The notes below the pieces were generated by a model. It was not told the DNA's origin and did not search any database. It was given only the letters and a program-made list of their open reading frames with translations. A program made the position numbers and the translations under genes. From positions 1 through 64,000 of the forward strand of contig JAQGDQ010000831.1 in the NCBI GenBank assembly GCA_030141605.1: a stretch of 64,000 bases of DNA. Direction: 5' to 3'. Positions 27,081 through 41,875 of this stretch are shown here, one piece after another (within the stretch, counting starts at the first letter, position 1; every line of letters starts with the position of its first letter). This DNA is from Tubiluchus corallicola. Taxonomy: Eukaryota; Animalia; Priapulida.

Positions 27081-27250
27081 TTGTGTGTCTGTAATGCCTA
27101 ATTTTTCGGCAAATTCGGCTCTCTCCACAGCAGAGACGTATTTCTGAACTCGGAACCTCTTCTCCAACTCGTAAATCTGATCGTTAGAGAAGGCTGTGCG
27201 TGGCTTCTTTCGCTTGGTAGAGGATGGCGTGCTGTCGGGCTTCTTCTCAT
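27081..27250 (-). CDS. NKL-class homeobox gene, coding exon 2 (homeodomain residues 1-44)
   Basis: Acceptor TTTATTTAAG|AT. Manual translation gives DEKKPDSTPSSTKRKKPRTAFSNDQIYELEKRFRVQKYVSAVERAEFAEKLGITDTQ, then donor |GTATGC. The 170 nt length keeps the frame. An intron at homeodomain 44/45 is typical of NKL genes. Confidence 0.93.
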
Positions 27251-27299
27251 CTTAAATAAAGTTCCTTTGTTAAAAACAGGAAAAATTGGGGGCAAAAAT

Positions 27300-28050
<751 letters not shown>

Positions 28051-28912
28051 AGGGAGTAAAAATTAAAATTAGTACTTTACGAGAGACTCGAATTTAAATG
28101 CCACATAAGTCGGTCGGTCGATCGGTGAGTCAACCAGTCAGGAGACAGTCAGTCAGCAAATGAACGGATGTAGTTAATTTTCTAAATAAATGATCTCAAA
28201 TAGTGGAATCCACAAATTCTTAATAACAAGGAAATACATCAGTCTGTACAAATATCCGGCAATAGGAGAAACCTTCTGCGCTCTATTTAGAATTTTTTTA
28301 ACAACAAAAACTACACAAAAAAATGAAGATATTTGTATCTACTAATTTGAATGAGTCCAAAGTCTAATCAACTCAATTCTGCAAACGAGGAACTTGGTAT
28401 CGTAACTAGTGAACTAAGAATTCGCAAAGCAAAGTAGTTGAAAATACCTCACATCTATAAAATACTGGAAAAGAATATACTGTTTTTTCAAAAGTGACAT
28501 GTGAAAGAATTCTTACCAGTTATTACATGCATTTCACTATTCGCTTTAATAAGATGGGCACTACCGCCTGCGTTTCGAAAACGTGTTAAACAAAAACGTG
28601 CACTGTACCCTCCTAGTTTAGATGTGTTCAGTTGTGACGTAGCGCATACGTTTTTCTACGACGTTATATATTATTTTTGTTTCTTAACAATAACGTCAAA
28701 GATAATAATTACAGTGTTAAAGTTCAAAAGTGTTTAACATGCACTGTACCCTCCTATTTTAGATGTGTTCAGTTGTGACGTAGTGCATACGTTTTTCTAT
28801 GACGTTATATATTATTTCTGTTTCTTAACAATAATAATATTGTTTCTTAACAATAATAATATAACAAAGACAACAATTACAGTAATAAAGTTCAAAAGTT
28901 AGAATGGTGTAC

Positions 28913-29279
28913 CTGGCGTCTGTGTTACACTCAAACACCCCGAAGAGATGACGTCTCCTCCACTTTCTTTTTCATCAGAAGCTTGGCTGCTGACAACGGA
29001 AGGCACCTCCTCAAGTTGCGTGAAGTCTCTAGGTTCATAACCAAACAGAATGTTCTCCTTATTCGTACCCACCTCTCCCTCTTCCAGAGCTGTAAACTGC
29101 TCCTTGGCGTACACGTACCCCACTTCAGGGACCTTGGATTCGAACCCCATCTTCGTAGGCGGCACCTCTCTGTAGTAATCAGTGGGCGCCGGGTAGTAGA
29201 AACTACCCATCCCCGTATTTCCCGGAACGTACGACGAAATCACGGACGGCTGTAAGTTCTGGTTTGTCGATCTGTCCAT
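28913..29279 (-). CDS. NKL-class homeobox gene (Vent/Tlx/Lbx-like), coding exon 1
   Basis: ATG at 29279 (MDRSTNQNLQ...SVTQTP) within ORF 28899-29423. It ends at CCAG|GTACAC (phase 1), which matches the phase of the exon 2 acceptor. In-frame Mets further upstream make the start uncertain. Confidence 0.75.
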
Positions 29280-30063
29280 CTTTCGCTCAGTTAGCACCTG
29301 TCTGGGAGGCTGATGATCGCCGCCTATGATGCGCTCAATGGTGAAATACTTGGAATTCCCTGTTTCAGAAACCATCATAGAAATGACTAATTTCACACAA
29401 CTTACTATCTTTTTTACTCTCACTACGTCACAAACTACGAAAACAAATTATCAACAGACAGGTATGTACTTAGAAGATGAGGAACTTTCAGTTTCCTTGA
29501 CTACTCTCAGTCACAAACTACAAAGACAAATTATCAACAGCAGGTATGTTCTTAGAAGATGAGGAAAGATGAGAAACTTAGAAGTTTCAGCTTCATTGAC
29601 TATTCTCCCACTTACCTGTCCAACTGGAACAGACGCAAAGCGGTAATTCGTCCAATCACGGACAACAAAGAAGCAGATTAAACGCAATACGACACTAATG
29701 AGAGGAGGTATTAATGATTGCAAACTTTGATTACGAACTGATCATTGGCAATCAATATCGAACTCTAATGGCGGCCCATACAAGTTTGAACAGCGGGCAC
29801 TAATACTAAAGTGTACAGTCAGAATATGAACTATCACATCTGCTGTATCAGCCGATGGGCTTTGACAATAGCTCCATTGACCGAAGCCAAGTGGACGTTA
29901 GCAGCCTGTACACAAGAGTATCACGAACTGTACACAATTCGGCGGCCGCCCTGTAGCGGTGAGTCGTTTGGTCGGCCGCACCCCCCCGGGGTTGGGAGAA
30001 GCACAGAGTCGGTTTAAGAGTCGGTTCCGGGTAGGTTAATCCCTAGGCAGACTTGATCTTTGG

Positions 30064-30486
30064 CAGGGGCGGAACTAGATGTGGTAAGCAGGGGGCGCAA
30101 AAATTTTCTGGGGGGGGGCGAGGTATCCGAAGTGGTTAAATAATGGTTAAGCCAATTTTAACCCCTTTTATACTGCATGCAGGCCTATAATTAGCAGACA
30201 GAGCAATAATGAGAAAATTAACTCTCAGTTAACCTAACGTTATTAATGTGCCTCTAACTAAATTGTTATTTACAGAAATTTATCACGCACAAGTTTTAAG
30301 AAAATAATACACTGAAGCTACCAAACATTTTTTTACCTAATTCTAATTCATGTTGAAAATAATTACATGCGAACTGCAATTTTCACTGCAAAAAAAATTA
30401 TTTGTCCGATTTTGCAGGGGGGCGCAAATTTTGACAAAGGGGGGGCGCTCGCCCCACCCCCTCGCTCCCCCCTAGTTCCGCCCCTG
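30064..30486. mobile_element. hAT-type MITE
   Basis: TIRs CAGGGGCGGAACTAG...CTAGTTCCGCCCCTG; TSD ATCTTTGG/ATCTTTGC. Confidence 0.88.
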
Positions 30487-30714
30487 ATCTTTGCGAGTTC
30501 CCGGTCGGGCGCATTGTCATTTTCTTGGTAATCTGACTGCGCAGCATTTTTTTGTCGCCATTAATGGGTGGTGATGAGACGGTGGTAGTTTGGGTTTGTT
30601 TAACGTTTTACTCGTAATTTCGTTTATTCTCAGAAAGATTGGTCGCCTCTGCAAAGCTTTGGGTGTCGGCGTATGTGTAATAAAGGATGTGAAATGTAAA
30701 GGATCCGATGAGTG

Positions 30715-31276
30715 CACATAACATGATCATTACTGTCCAAAAACAGCTCAAGGGTTATTTACAAATTCACGATAAACACTTTTGATCACATAACATGATC
30801 ATTACTGTCCAAAAATAGCTAAAGAATTATTTACAAATTCACGATAAACACTTTTGATCACATAACATGATCATTACTGTCCAAAAATCGCTAAAGAGTT
30901 ATTTACAAATTCACGATAAACATTTTTGATCACATAACATGATCATTACTGTCCAAAAATCGCTAAAGAATTATTTACAAATTCACGATAAACACTTACG
31001 ATCACATAACATGATCATTACTGTCCAAAAATAGCTAAAGAATTATTTACAAATTCACGATAAACACTTACGATCACATAACATGATCATTACTGTCCAA
31101 AAATAGCTAAAGCATTATTTACAAATTCACAATAAACATTTTTGATCACATAACATGATCATTACTGTCCAAAAATATCTAAAGAATTATTTACAAATTC
31201 AGGATAAACACTTTTGATCACATAACATGATCATTACTGTCCAAAAACAGCTAAAGAGTTATTTACAAATTCACAA
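30715..31276 (-). repeat. 72 bp tandem array (~8 units) derived from a LINE 3' end
   Basis: Unit CACATAACATGATCATTACTGTCCAAAAATAGCTAAAGAATTATTTACAAATTCACGATAAACACTTTTGAT. The last unit overlaps the stop region of ORF 31234-31668. Confidence 0.9.
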
Positions 31277-31668
31277 TATGACTTTGGGTTTCCATTGAAA
31301 AATTCATGCAGATCGTTGAAGTTGAGTTCATTGTTATCTTCACGAAGGTGATTAGTAAGTGGACAAAAACAGATAACATGCTCTTCTGTTTGAATGTTTA
31401 AGCCAGAACAGGAGCATAGCCTGTCTTCTCTTTTCATCCTTGCCCATCTTTCAGTCTCAATAGCTAGGTTATGTGAGGAGAGGCGTAACCGAGATGTTTT
31501 AATCCTATGGAGCTCATTTACTTTAACGCTATACATTGCACTGACAGATAGTTCGGGATTCAGATAGAGACAGGTGCACAGTTTAGTTCTTTCGGAATCC
31601 CTGATATGTTGTTTTGTGTTCTCGAGGTCGTCAGGGATAATATCCGTTTTACGAAGGATAGCTTTCAC
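31234..31668 (-). mobile_element. LINE ORF2 3' fragment
   Basis: SRLRLSSHNLAIETERWARMKREDRLCSC...IQTEEHVICFCP. Confidence 0.85.
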
Positions 31669-32629
31669 ATATTGTATAGTTAAGTGAATTCACTACATTA
31701 AAGTGAATAGGGTATTCTTACTCTTCATATACTACACTTAGTACTACATTTTCCACTACATTTAGAAATAGTAAGCACAAGTTACAATTTGATTCTTGTT
31801 ATATGACAGTCATATGCTTGTCAAATTCCCCCCTGTTAATATGACCCCATTTGAAACTACTACATATAATATTCTTAATTACTGAATAATTGTATTGTTT
31901 TGTTTAGATTTAGGTATCTAACTTTATTATTTTTTGTTTACAGTTCTTTTTGGATAATTTGCATCATTTATACTTTTTTATTATTATTATTTTCTTATTT
32001 GTTTTTGTTATCTGCAGCATCACCGTTAATTTCTAATATACTAATGTATTACTATATGTTAATAAGGCTCCATTTGAAACTACTACATATAATAATCATA
32101 ATTACTGAATAATTGTATTGTTTTGTTTAAATTTAAGTATCTAACTTTATTATTTTTTGTTTACAGTTCTTTTTGGATAATTTGCATCATTTATACTGTT
32201 ATTTTTTTTCTTATTTGTTTTTGTTTTTGTTATCTGCAGCATCACCGTTAATTTTTAATATACTAATCTGATAATAATATAATAATATACTGATTTATCT
32301 ATTTATAAGAAAGGGCAGGAGACTAGATGACCCTATGGTCCTTCCCTGCCCTGCTCCATGATTATAATTGCTTAATATATAAAAAACATTTGATGTTAAA
32401 CTAATTGGAGAAAATAAATGTTCTATGTCTGTGTCTATGCCAGACCAAAATCCCTGTTAACATTTGACTGTGTAAACGTTATGATGCTAACGAAGCACAG
32501 GACGAACGTTATTTTAGCAAAAGATGTACTGCATATAATTTGCGTTGACATCAGTAATTTTCTGAGATTTCTGACTTGTATCCTTCATTTTCCTGCGTGT
32601 ATCAATTTGTTTTTATGAATAGCATAGAG

Positions 32630-33129
32630 CAGGGGTGTGCAAATTATCTGACTAGCCGGGCCACATTAAACTTTCCCGTAATTCCTGCGGGCCACAGGCA
32701 GTTTGATCAAGGAACCAAGTACAGAAAGGCCTAATAACGATTTTTTTGCATCCGACCTGCGTACATCATTACTACTACACTCAAGAAACTATTTTAGAAG
32801 TTATTAAAATTTATATTACAAACCATATATTTCTACTTTCAGGACAGATAGTGGTAATTTCATTACAATGCACATTAGTAATGTGTATCACACAGTCTGT
32901 GTAGTACAGTGACATTAAGCTACAACCGTCTTGTAAGGGTTAATGGCATCCAATCTAGTAGAAAAAACTACCTGCGCTATCTTTGGGATCATGGCACGGA
33001 CTTCAGCTGGATACACTCAATTAATCGCCCGGGCCGCACTTTCATTAGGTTGACAAATATCTTCGCGGGCCGCACAAATTCTCTCGGCGGGCCGCAAGTG
33101 GTCCTCGGACCACAGTTTGCACACCCCTG
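32630..33129 (+). mobile_element. hAT (Charlie-like) MITE, family A
   Basis: TIRs CAGGGGTGTGCAAA...TTTGCACACCCCTG; degenerate TSD GCATAGAG/GCGTAGAT; four copies in the window. Confidence 0.9.
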
Positions 33130-33246
33130 GCGTAGATGACACAGATATAATCACCGTAGTAACTGACCTCTTTGAATTGACTCATGACGTATTTCTGATT
33201 AGAGAAATACCCGGTTCATTAGTGAGTCAAAATGAGTGCATCGGAG

Positions 33247-36252
<3,006 letters not shown>

Positions 36253-36449
36253 ATTCACATAGTCAAAAATCACGCAAACGTTTCGACAGATTACTGCTGT
36301 CATCGTCACTGGTAAATTTTACAAACATACAGCCTGTTTATATAGGCAGAACCTATAGAACATTGTGCAACTAATTAAGTCGTTAACAGACGCCAACTAA
36401 GTTATATGTCTCTTCGTCCATGTTGGAACTACCGCTAAAACTAGTCCAA

Positions 36450-36560
36450 CGTTGTGACGCAGCAGATCACGTGGCTTACAACGTTGTGACGCCGCAAATC
36501 ACGTGCCTTCTCGACCTGTGACGCAGCAAATCACGTGCCTTCTCGACCTGTGTCGGGTCA
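36450..36560 (+). promoter_or_regulatory. Candidate TTLL4-like promoter with three repeats of TGTGACGC-N4-ATCACGTG
   Basis: Three ~31 bp units, each with a CRE half-site (TGACG) and an E-box (CACGTG). They are followed by CATATAT and a probable 5'UTR intron (GG|GTGAGT at 36596 ... TTTAACTCCAG at 36711). Confidence 0.5.
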
Positions 36561-36727
36561 GCAAATTAACCTGCATATATCTGCAGGACAGCTGGGTGAG
36601 TATGGTATGTAACATAGAGACAGGTTCTTAACTAAATCAACTGTATTTGCTGATACAGTATGCACACCATGTTGTATTTGCTATTATAATGGCAGCTTGA
36701 TTTAACTCCAGATCTTCAAGAACACCA

Positions 36728-38329
36728 ATGGCTTTAATTTTTGAATTTATTGTGATTTCTTTAATGCATGTAGTGAAAGTTTTGAGCGACGATCAAGCAC
36801 TGCTGAACAATTCAATGATACGAGAATGTCCGCGGGTGATACCATCGCTGACTCCTAGTCTCTTCCCCAATGTTGCACCTGTAATCAACTTCGGATTACC
36901 TGGCCAGATCGTCGAAGAGCTTCCAAGTTTACATAAAAGGCTTCTAAAATGGAAGGTCAGTACGCCACAGTCGGAGGAGATAGCCAAAGAATTGATCGCG
37001 GAGCATTCCAACATTCGTTTAACAGATGATGAGACGTGGATTGGATGTTGGTGTCTTCCCATGAGAGTATCTGAGTATAAACAGTTATCACGATACCAGA
37101 AAGTTGATCACTTTCCAGCTTCGAAGTCACTGTGTACGTGGAAAAATACTTTTTGGAAGCAATTTCTGCGCATGCGTTATTTGCACGGACAAAAGGAGTT
37201 CAACTTTGCACCTTTGACTTTCATTCTGCCCCAAGAAAAGTGTGAATTTTTAAACTATTCAGCATCAAATCCCAGGAAAAATATGTGGATTACCAAGCCG
37301 TTTGATACATCCCGTGGTGAGGGGATCAAGATAATCAGCAACAAGTCTAAACTTCCAAGTGGAAATGTGATTATCCAAGAGTATATTTCAAAACCTTACC
37401 TGATTGAGGGACGGAAATTTGACATAAGATTGCACGTATATGTTCCTTCACTAGAACCGTTAAGAATCTACATTCACAGAACAGGAACAGTTCGGTTTGC
37501 AACAAATAACTACACCTGTGCTTCTGATGATCTTGAAAATAATTTTGTGCATCTGACAAATACTCATATTAATAATAAAAATCCCGATTATCACACAAAA
37601 AGATTCACCAGTTTTGGAGAAGCGCCACACAGATGGTCTTTGTCATCTTTGTGGCATTATTTAGAAAGGAAAGGCATTAAGACGGAGGAAATATGGTGGA
37701 AAATCAAAGACATGGTGGTGAAACAGTTTATTAGTTGTGAATCTGACTTATATAACGCCTTGAACACTTACGGAAGCAGGCCCTATTCGCACCATGAACT
37801 GTACGGATATGACATCTTACTGGACAACAAATTAAAGCCATGGTTATTAGAATTCAACACCAGCTCGGGCATTGCAAAGCCAACTTTCGTTACACAGATG
37901 ATAACGGACTATCTTAATACGGCTGGATATCGCGTGCCTAAAAGATCCAAACAGTTTTTCGCAAAACGGAAGAACATTTCTTCATCACAGCATGGATTCA
38001 CGTTACTGCGCGATTACGATCTCGCTCCATTCGAGAAAGAAAAACGAAAACATTTTACTACAGAAGCGACTGAAGGCGAAGCAGCAGCAAGTATTCTAGA
38101 TGACCTGACACCAGGTGACGTGCGTGTGCTAGTAGAAGCAGAAGACGAGTTTCAACGACGTGGTGATTTTGAGCGCATCTTTCCCAGTCCGACATCTCAT
38201 AAATACTTGAAATATTTTCATAGGAAAAGTTACGGTAATTTATTGCTGGATGCGTGGACGAAGAAATATCACAGCAATCCTCGGGAAGGTTTAAAGCGTT
38301 TGAAAGAGCTGTGTTCAAAATTCTTGTAA
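36728..38329 (+). CDS. TTLL4: TTLL4-like tubulin glutamylase (ATP-grasp TTL domain); intronless CDS with hydrophobic N-terminus
   Basis: 533 aa ORF with TTL motifs QKVDHFP, WITKP..SRGEGI, QEYISKPYLI..RKFDIR, VRFAT, HLTN, ELYGYDILLD..LKPWLLEFN, and the TTLL4-type tail LTPGDVRVLVEAEDEFQRRGDFERIFP. AATAAG follows the stop. It is probably a divergent paralogue rather than the orthologue. Confidence 0.9.
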   Translation: MALIFEFIVISLMHVVKVLSDDQALLNNSMIRECPRVIPSLTPSLFPNVAPVINFGLPGQIVEELPSLHKRLLKWKVSTPQSEEIAKELIAEHSNIRLTDDETWIGCWCLPMRVSEYKQLSRYQKVDHFPASKSLCTWKNTFWKQFLRMRYLHGQKEFNFAPLTFILPQEKCEFLNYSASNPRKNMWITKPFDTSRGEGIKIISNKSKLPSGNVIIQEYISKPYLIEGRKFDIRLHVYVPSLEPLRIYIHRTGTVRFATNNYTCASDDLENNFVHLTNTHINNKNPDYHTKRFTSFGEAPHRWSLSSLWHYLERKGIKTEEIWWKIKDMVVKQFISCESDLYNALNTYGSRPYSHHELYGYDILLDNKLKPWLLEFNTSSGIAKPTFVTQMITDYLNTAGYRVPKRSKQFFAKRKNISSSQHGFTLLRDYDLAPFEKEKRKHFTTEATEGEAAASILDDLTPGDVRVLVEAEDEFQRRGDFERIFPSPTSHKYLKYFHRKSYGNLLLDAWTKKYHSNPREGLKRLKELCSKFL

Positions 38330-38954
38330 TCAAACTGAAACCAAAGTTCTTGTTTCATTTAATAAGGCAACTGTGGTAAAAGTAATACGATTGTAGTCAC
38401 AGAAAACACTGTAAACAGAGGTTAATACCACTGTATGCTTTATTAACATAATTAGTATGTCCAGTATAACATAAATGTCCAACAGCTCCCATAAAGTGGA
38501 TTAACCTGACTGTTCAGAGCACAATTGAGTAATAACAGACAGGTGACTAGCAGGTAACAAACAGAAAAGCTGGTCAAAACCAAAAGCTTTACATTTCCGC
38601 CACAGATGGCGCCTCGTGTATGATAAGTAAGATTAACAAAAAGAAAGCTAAGTCTGCTACACCCGGCTCCTAATGAGCGCTTATAAAGTGGTCATCACAA
38701 TAATCTGCTTGTAAGTCACTGTACAATATTACATGAACTCTGAACAGTAACACTTAGATGCTACTTAGTACATTTAAATATTTTTGTCAAAACTGAACAA
38801 TCATACTTTGCTAGTTAAAACTATTCCAGTGAAACATTTTGAGTGAAATAATTCCAAACATGAAAGTTACAGATACATACTGTTAGCTAAAGCACTACAA
38901 AGCAATGAATCAAATAACGAATCGATAATAAGATACGATGTAATAAAACAGAAT

Positions 38955-41050
38955 CTGTTTGTTAATGAAATTAAAATGATCTGCATTATTTAGCTGATAC
39001 AGTATACTGACATTGCCTAAATGCTCAAAGAAACTGCACTTCGCAATTTGGTGATTGAGGAAGAATACCGTCCCACTGCCGCACTGAAGTAAGTAAAATC
39101 GTAAATTTATCGTTTGCAACAGCCTTATGTCCGCAGTAATGCTGTTATGAATAAATTTCGGAATCATGAATTAAGTGATTAATTAATGGAGTTATCAACT
39201 TCATCAGATTATGTTGATAAAGAGACCTCCAAATTGGATCAGAGAAATTTATTAAGAAATATGTGAACTCACTTAGCTGGTAAAGCATATATTTATTGTA
39301 AGGCAAGGAATTATTGTCACGAGAGTTGTGTTTACAAGTAATAGAACAGGTGTTCATTTAGAGAGGGAAAGTTTGTCACAGGTGTTTGAATTTAAGAGAA
39401 GCGAAACTGAATTTTATAACTTGAAGTGGTCAGGAGTATATACCTCCTGTAATGTAACGGAGTCGTAGAGACAATCTTGTGAGAAGGAATTATTGCTCTA
39501 TAGATTTTATCTTAAGCTCTAGTAGCCGGGTTGTGAATAACCTTATAGCAATTAATGTACTAGATGTGAATCCCTCCTTCAGTCTTAAGTCAAGTTTTAT
39601 ACGATCACATGCGACAGATAAGAATCAATATTAACTAGGGAGATTAATATTGCATATCAAAAGGGTGACTAAGATAATAAAGTGATAACTGGTACTCGGA
39701 TCCAGGTTCATTAAGAAGGAGATATGTGGTAAAAGTAATACGATTAAGAAGAGTTTGTTAATGAAATTAAAATGATCTGCATTATTTAGCTGATACAGTA
39801 TACTGACATTGCCCATGCGCTTCGCAATTTGGTGATTGAGGAAGGATACCGTCCCACTGCCGCACTGAAGTAAGTAAAATCGTAAATTTATCGTTTGCAA
39901 CAGCCTTATGTCCGCAGTAATGCTGTTATGAATAAATTTCGGAATCATGAATTAAGTGATTAATTAATGGAGTTATCAACTTCATCAGATTATGTTGATA
40001 AAGAGACCTCCAAATTGGATCAGAGAAATTTATTAAGAAATATGTGAACTCACTTAGCTGGTAAAGCATATATTTATTGTAAGGCAAGGAATTATTGTCA
40101 CGAGAGTTGTGTTTACAAGTAATAGAACAGGTGTTCATTTAGAGAGGGAAAGTTTGTCACAGGTGTTTGAATTTAAGAGAAGCGAAGCTGAATTTTATAA
40201 CTTGAAGTGGTCAGGAGTATATACCTCCTGTAATGTAACGGAGTCGTAGAGACAATCTTGTGAGAAGGAATTATTGCTCTATAGATTTTATCTTAAGCTC
40301 TAGTAGCCGGGTTGTGAATAACCTTATAGCAATTAATGTACTAGATGTGAATCCCTCCTTCAGTCTTAAGTCAAGTTTTATACGATCACATGCGACAGAT
40401 AAGAATCAATATTAACTAGGGAGATTAATATTGCATATCAAAAGGGTGACTAAGATAATAAAGTGATAACTGGTACTCGGATCCAGGTTCATTAAGAAGG
40501 AGATATGTGGTAAAAGTAATACGATTAAGAAGAGTTTGTTAATGAAATTAAAATGATCTGCATTATTTAGCTGATACAGTATACTGACATTGCCCATGCG
40601 CTTCGCAATTTGGTGATTGAGGAAGGATACCGTCCCACTGCTGCACTGAAGTAAGTAAAATCGTAAATTTATCGTTTGCAACAGCCTTATGTCCGCAGTA
40701 ATGCTGTTATGAATAAATTTCGGAATCATGAATTAAGTGATTAATTAATGAAGTTATCAACTTCATTAGATTATGTTGATACAGAGACCTCCAAATTGGA
40801 TTAGATAAATTTATTAAGAGAATATCAGAACTCACTTAGCTGATAAAGCATATATTTAATGTAAGGCAAGAAATTATTGTCACGAGAGTTGTGTTTACAA
40901 GTAATAGAACAGGTGTTCAGTCTTAGGTCACGTTTTATACGATCACATGCAAAAGATAAGAATCAATATTAATTAGGGAGATTAATATTGCATAATAAAG
41001 AGTGACCAGGTTTAATGATAACTGGTGAGCCGTGACTAAGATAAGAAAGC
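38955..41050. repeat. 781 bp tandem repeat (~2.7 units), probably a decayed LINE fragment
   Basis: Identical ORFs at 39145 and 39926, and near-identical ORFs at 39631 and 40412, are each offset by 781 bp. Confidence 0.9.
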
Positions 41051-41418
41051 GATAACTGGTACTCGAATCCAAGACCATTAAGGAGAAGCTTATAATGCTA
41101 GAGTTGTCCTAACGAAACCCAATTAGCAAATCCCCAAACGACCTGCCAGGTGTGTCATGAAGACCTCTCAAAGCGCATGTATATTTCGCGGAAAGAAAAA
41201 CAATTATCCTTTGCAGCCGATAAAAAAGTAAGTAGCTGAAATACTAGCGTAGTAATAAAAACAAGTCAAATTTTAAGCAAGTTATTGTGATAACAACAAA
41301 TGGTAGTTGACACATATGGCACAAATGATAACAATTTGCACAAGACAACGTATAGACTGATAGAAAAATAATATGGAAAATTAATAGGTTGGAAGCAGCA
41401 GCAAATGTCATTATACAA

Positions 41419-41783
41419 TAGGGGTGAGCATTCTCTACCAGAAACCGAATTCGAATCGAACCGAATTTGTGACTTTCGAATTCGAATTGAGATTGAACGA
41501 TTTTCGAGCAAGTTTTCGAACCATAAGTAAAAATTAGTCTTACAAAGATCATGCGTATCACTAGATTTTGTTCTGGAATAAAACGATTAGTAATTTGTTT
41601 AAAATTGTGCACAGAAATCACAGCTAAATTATGCTAATTGCATGATGTTTCAATCGTTTTAGTGATCAGGAACATGTGTGATTGAAGTGCTGAATTATTC
41701 GAATCTATACTTTTGGATTCGAATCGAGTTCGAACTAAAAAAACTCGTTCGAATCGAACTCGAACGATCGATGCTCACCCCTA
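41419..41783. mobile_element. hAT MITE with TTCGAA sub-terminal repeats
   Basis: TIRs TAGGGGTGAGCAT...ATGCTCACCCCTA; perfect TSD TTATACAA. Confidence 0.9.
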
Positions 41784-41875
41784 TTATACAATATAATTAT
41801 AACATAAATATAAGCATTATTACAATTTTAGGTAGTTATTAATTTCATTATAGAGCCACTGGGTAAGGTAAATAA

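Noticed and set aside
27098-27295. 65 aa ORF in the track
   Set aside because: It is the wrong reading frame over homeobox exon 2.
28899-29423. Stand-alone viral or Polinton-like ORFs (also 22010-22372)
   Set aside because: Both are explained as exons of the spliced homeobox gene, with phase-compatible GT-AG junctions.
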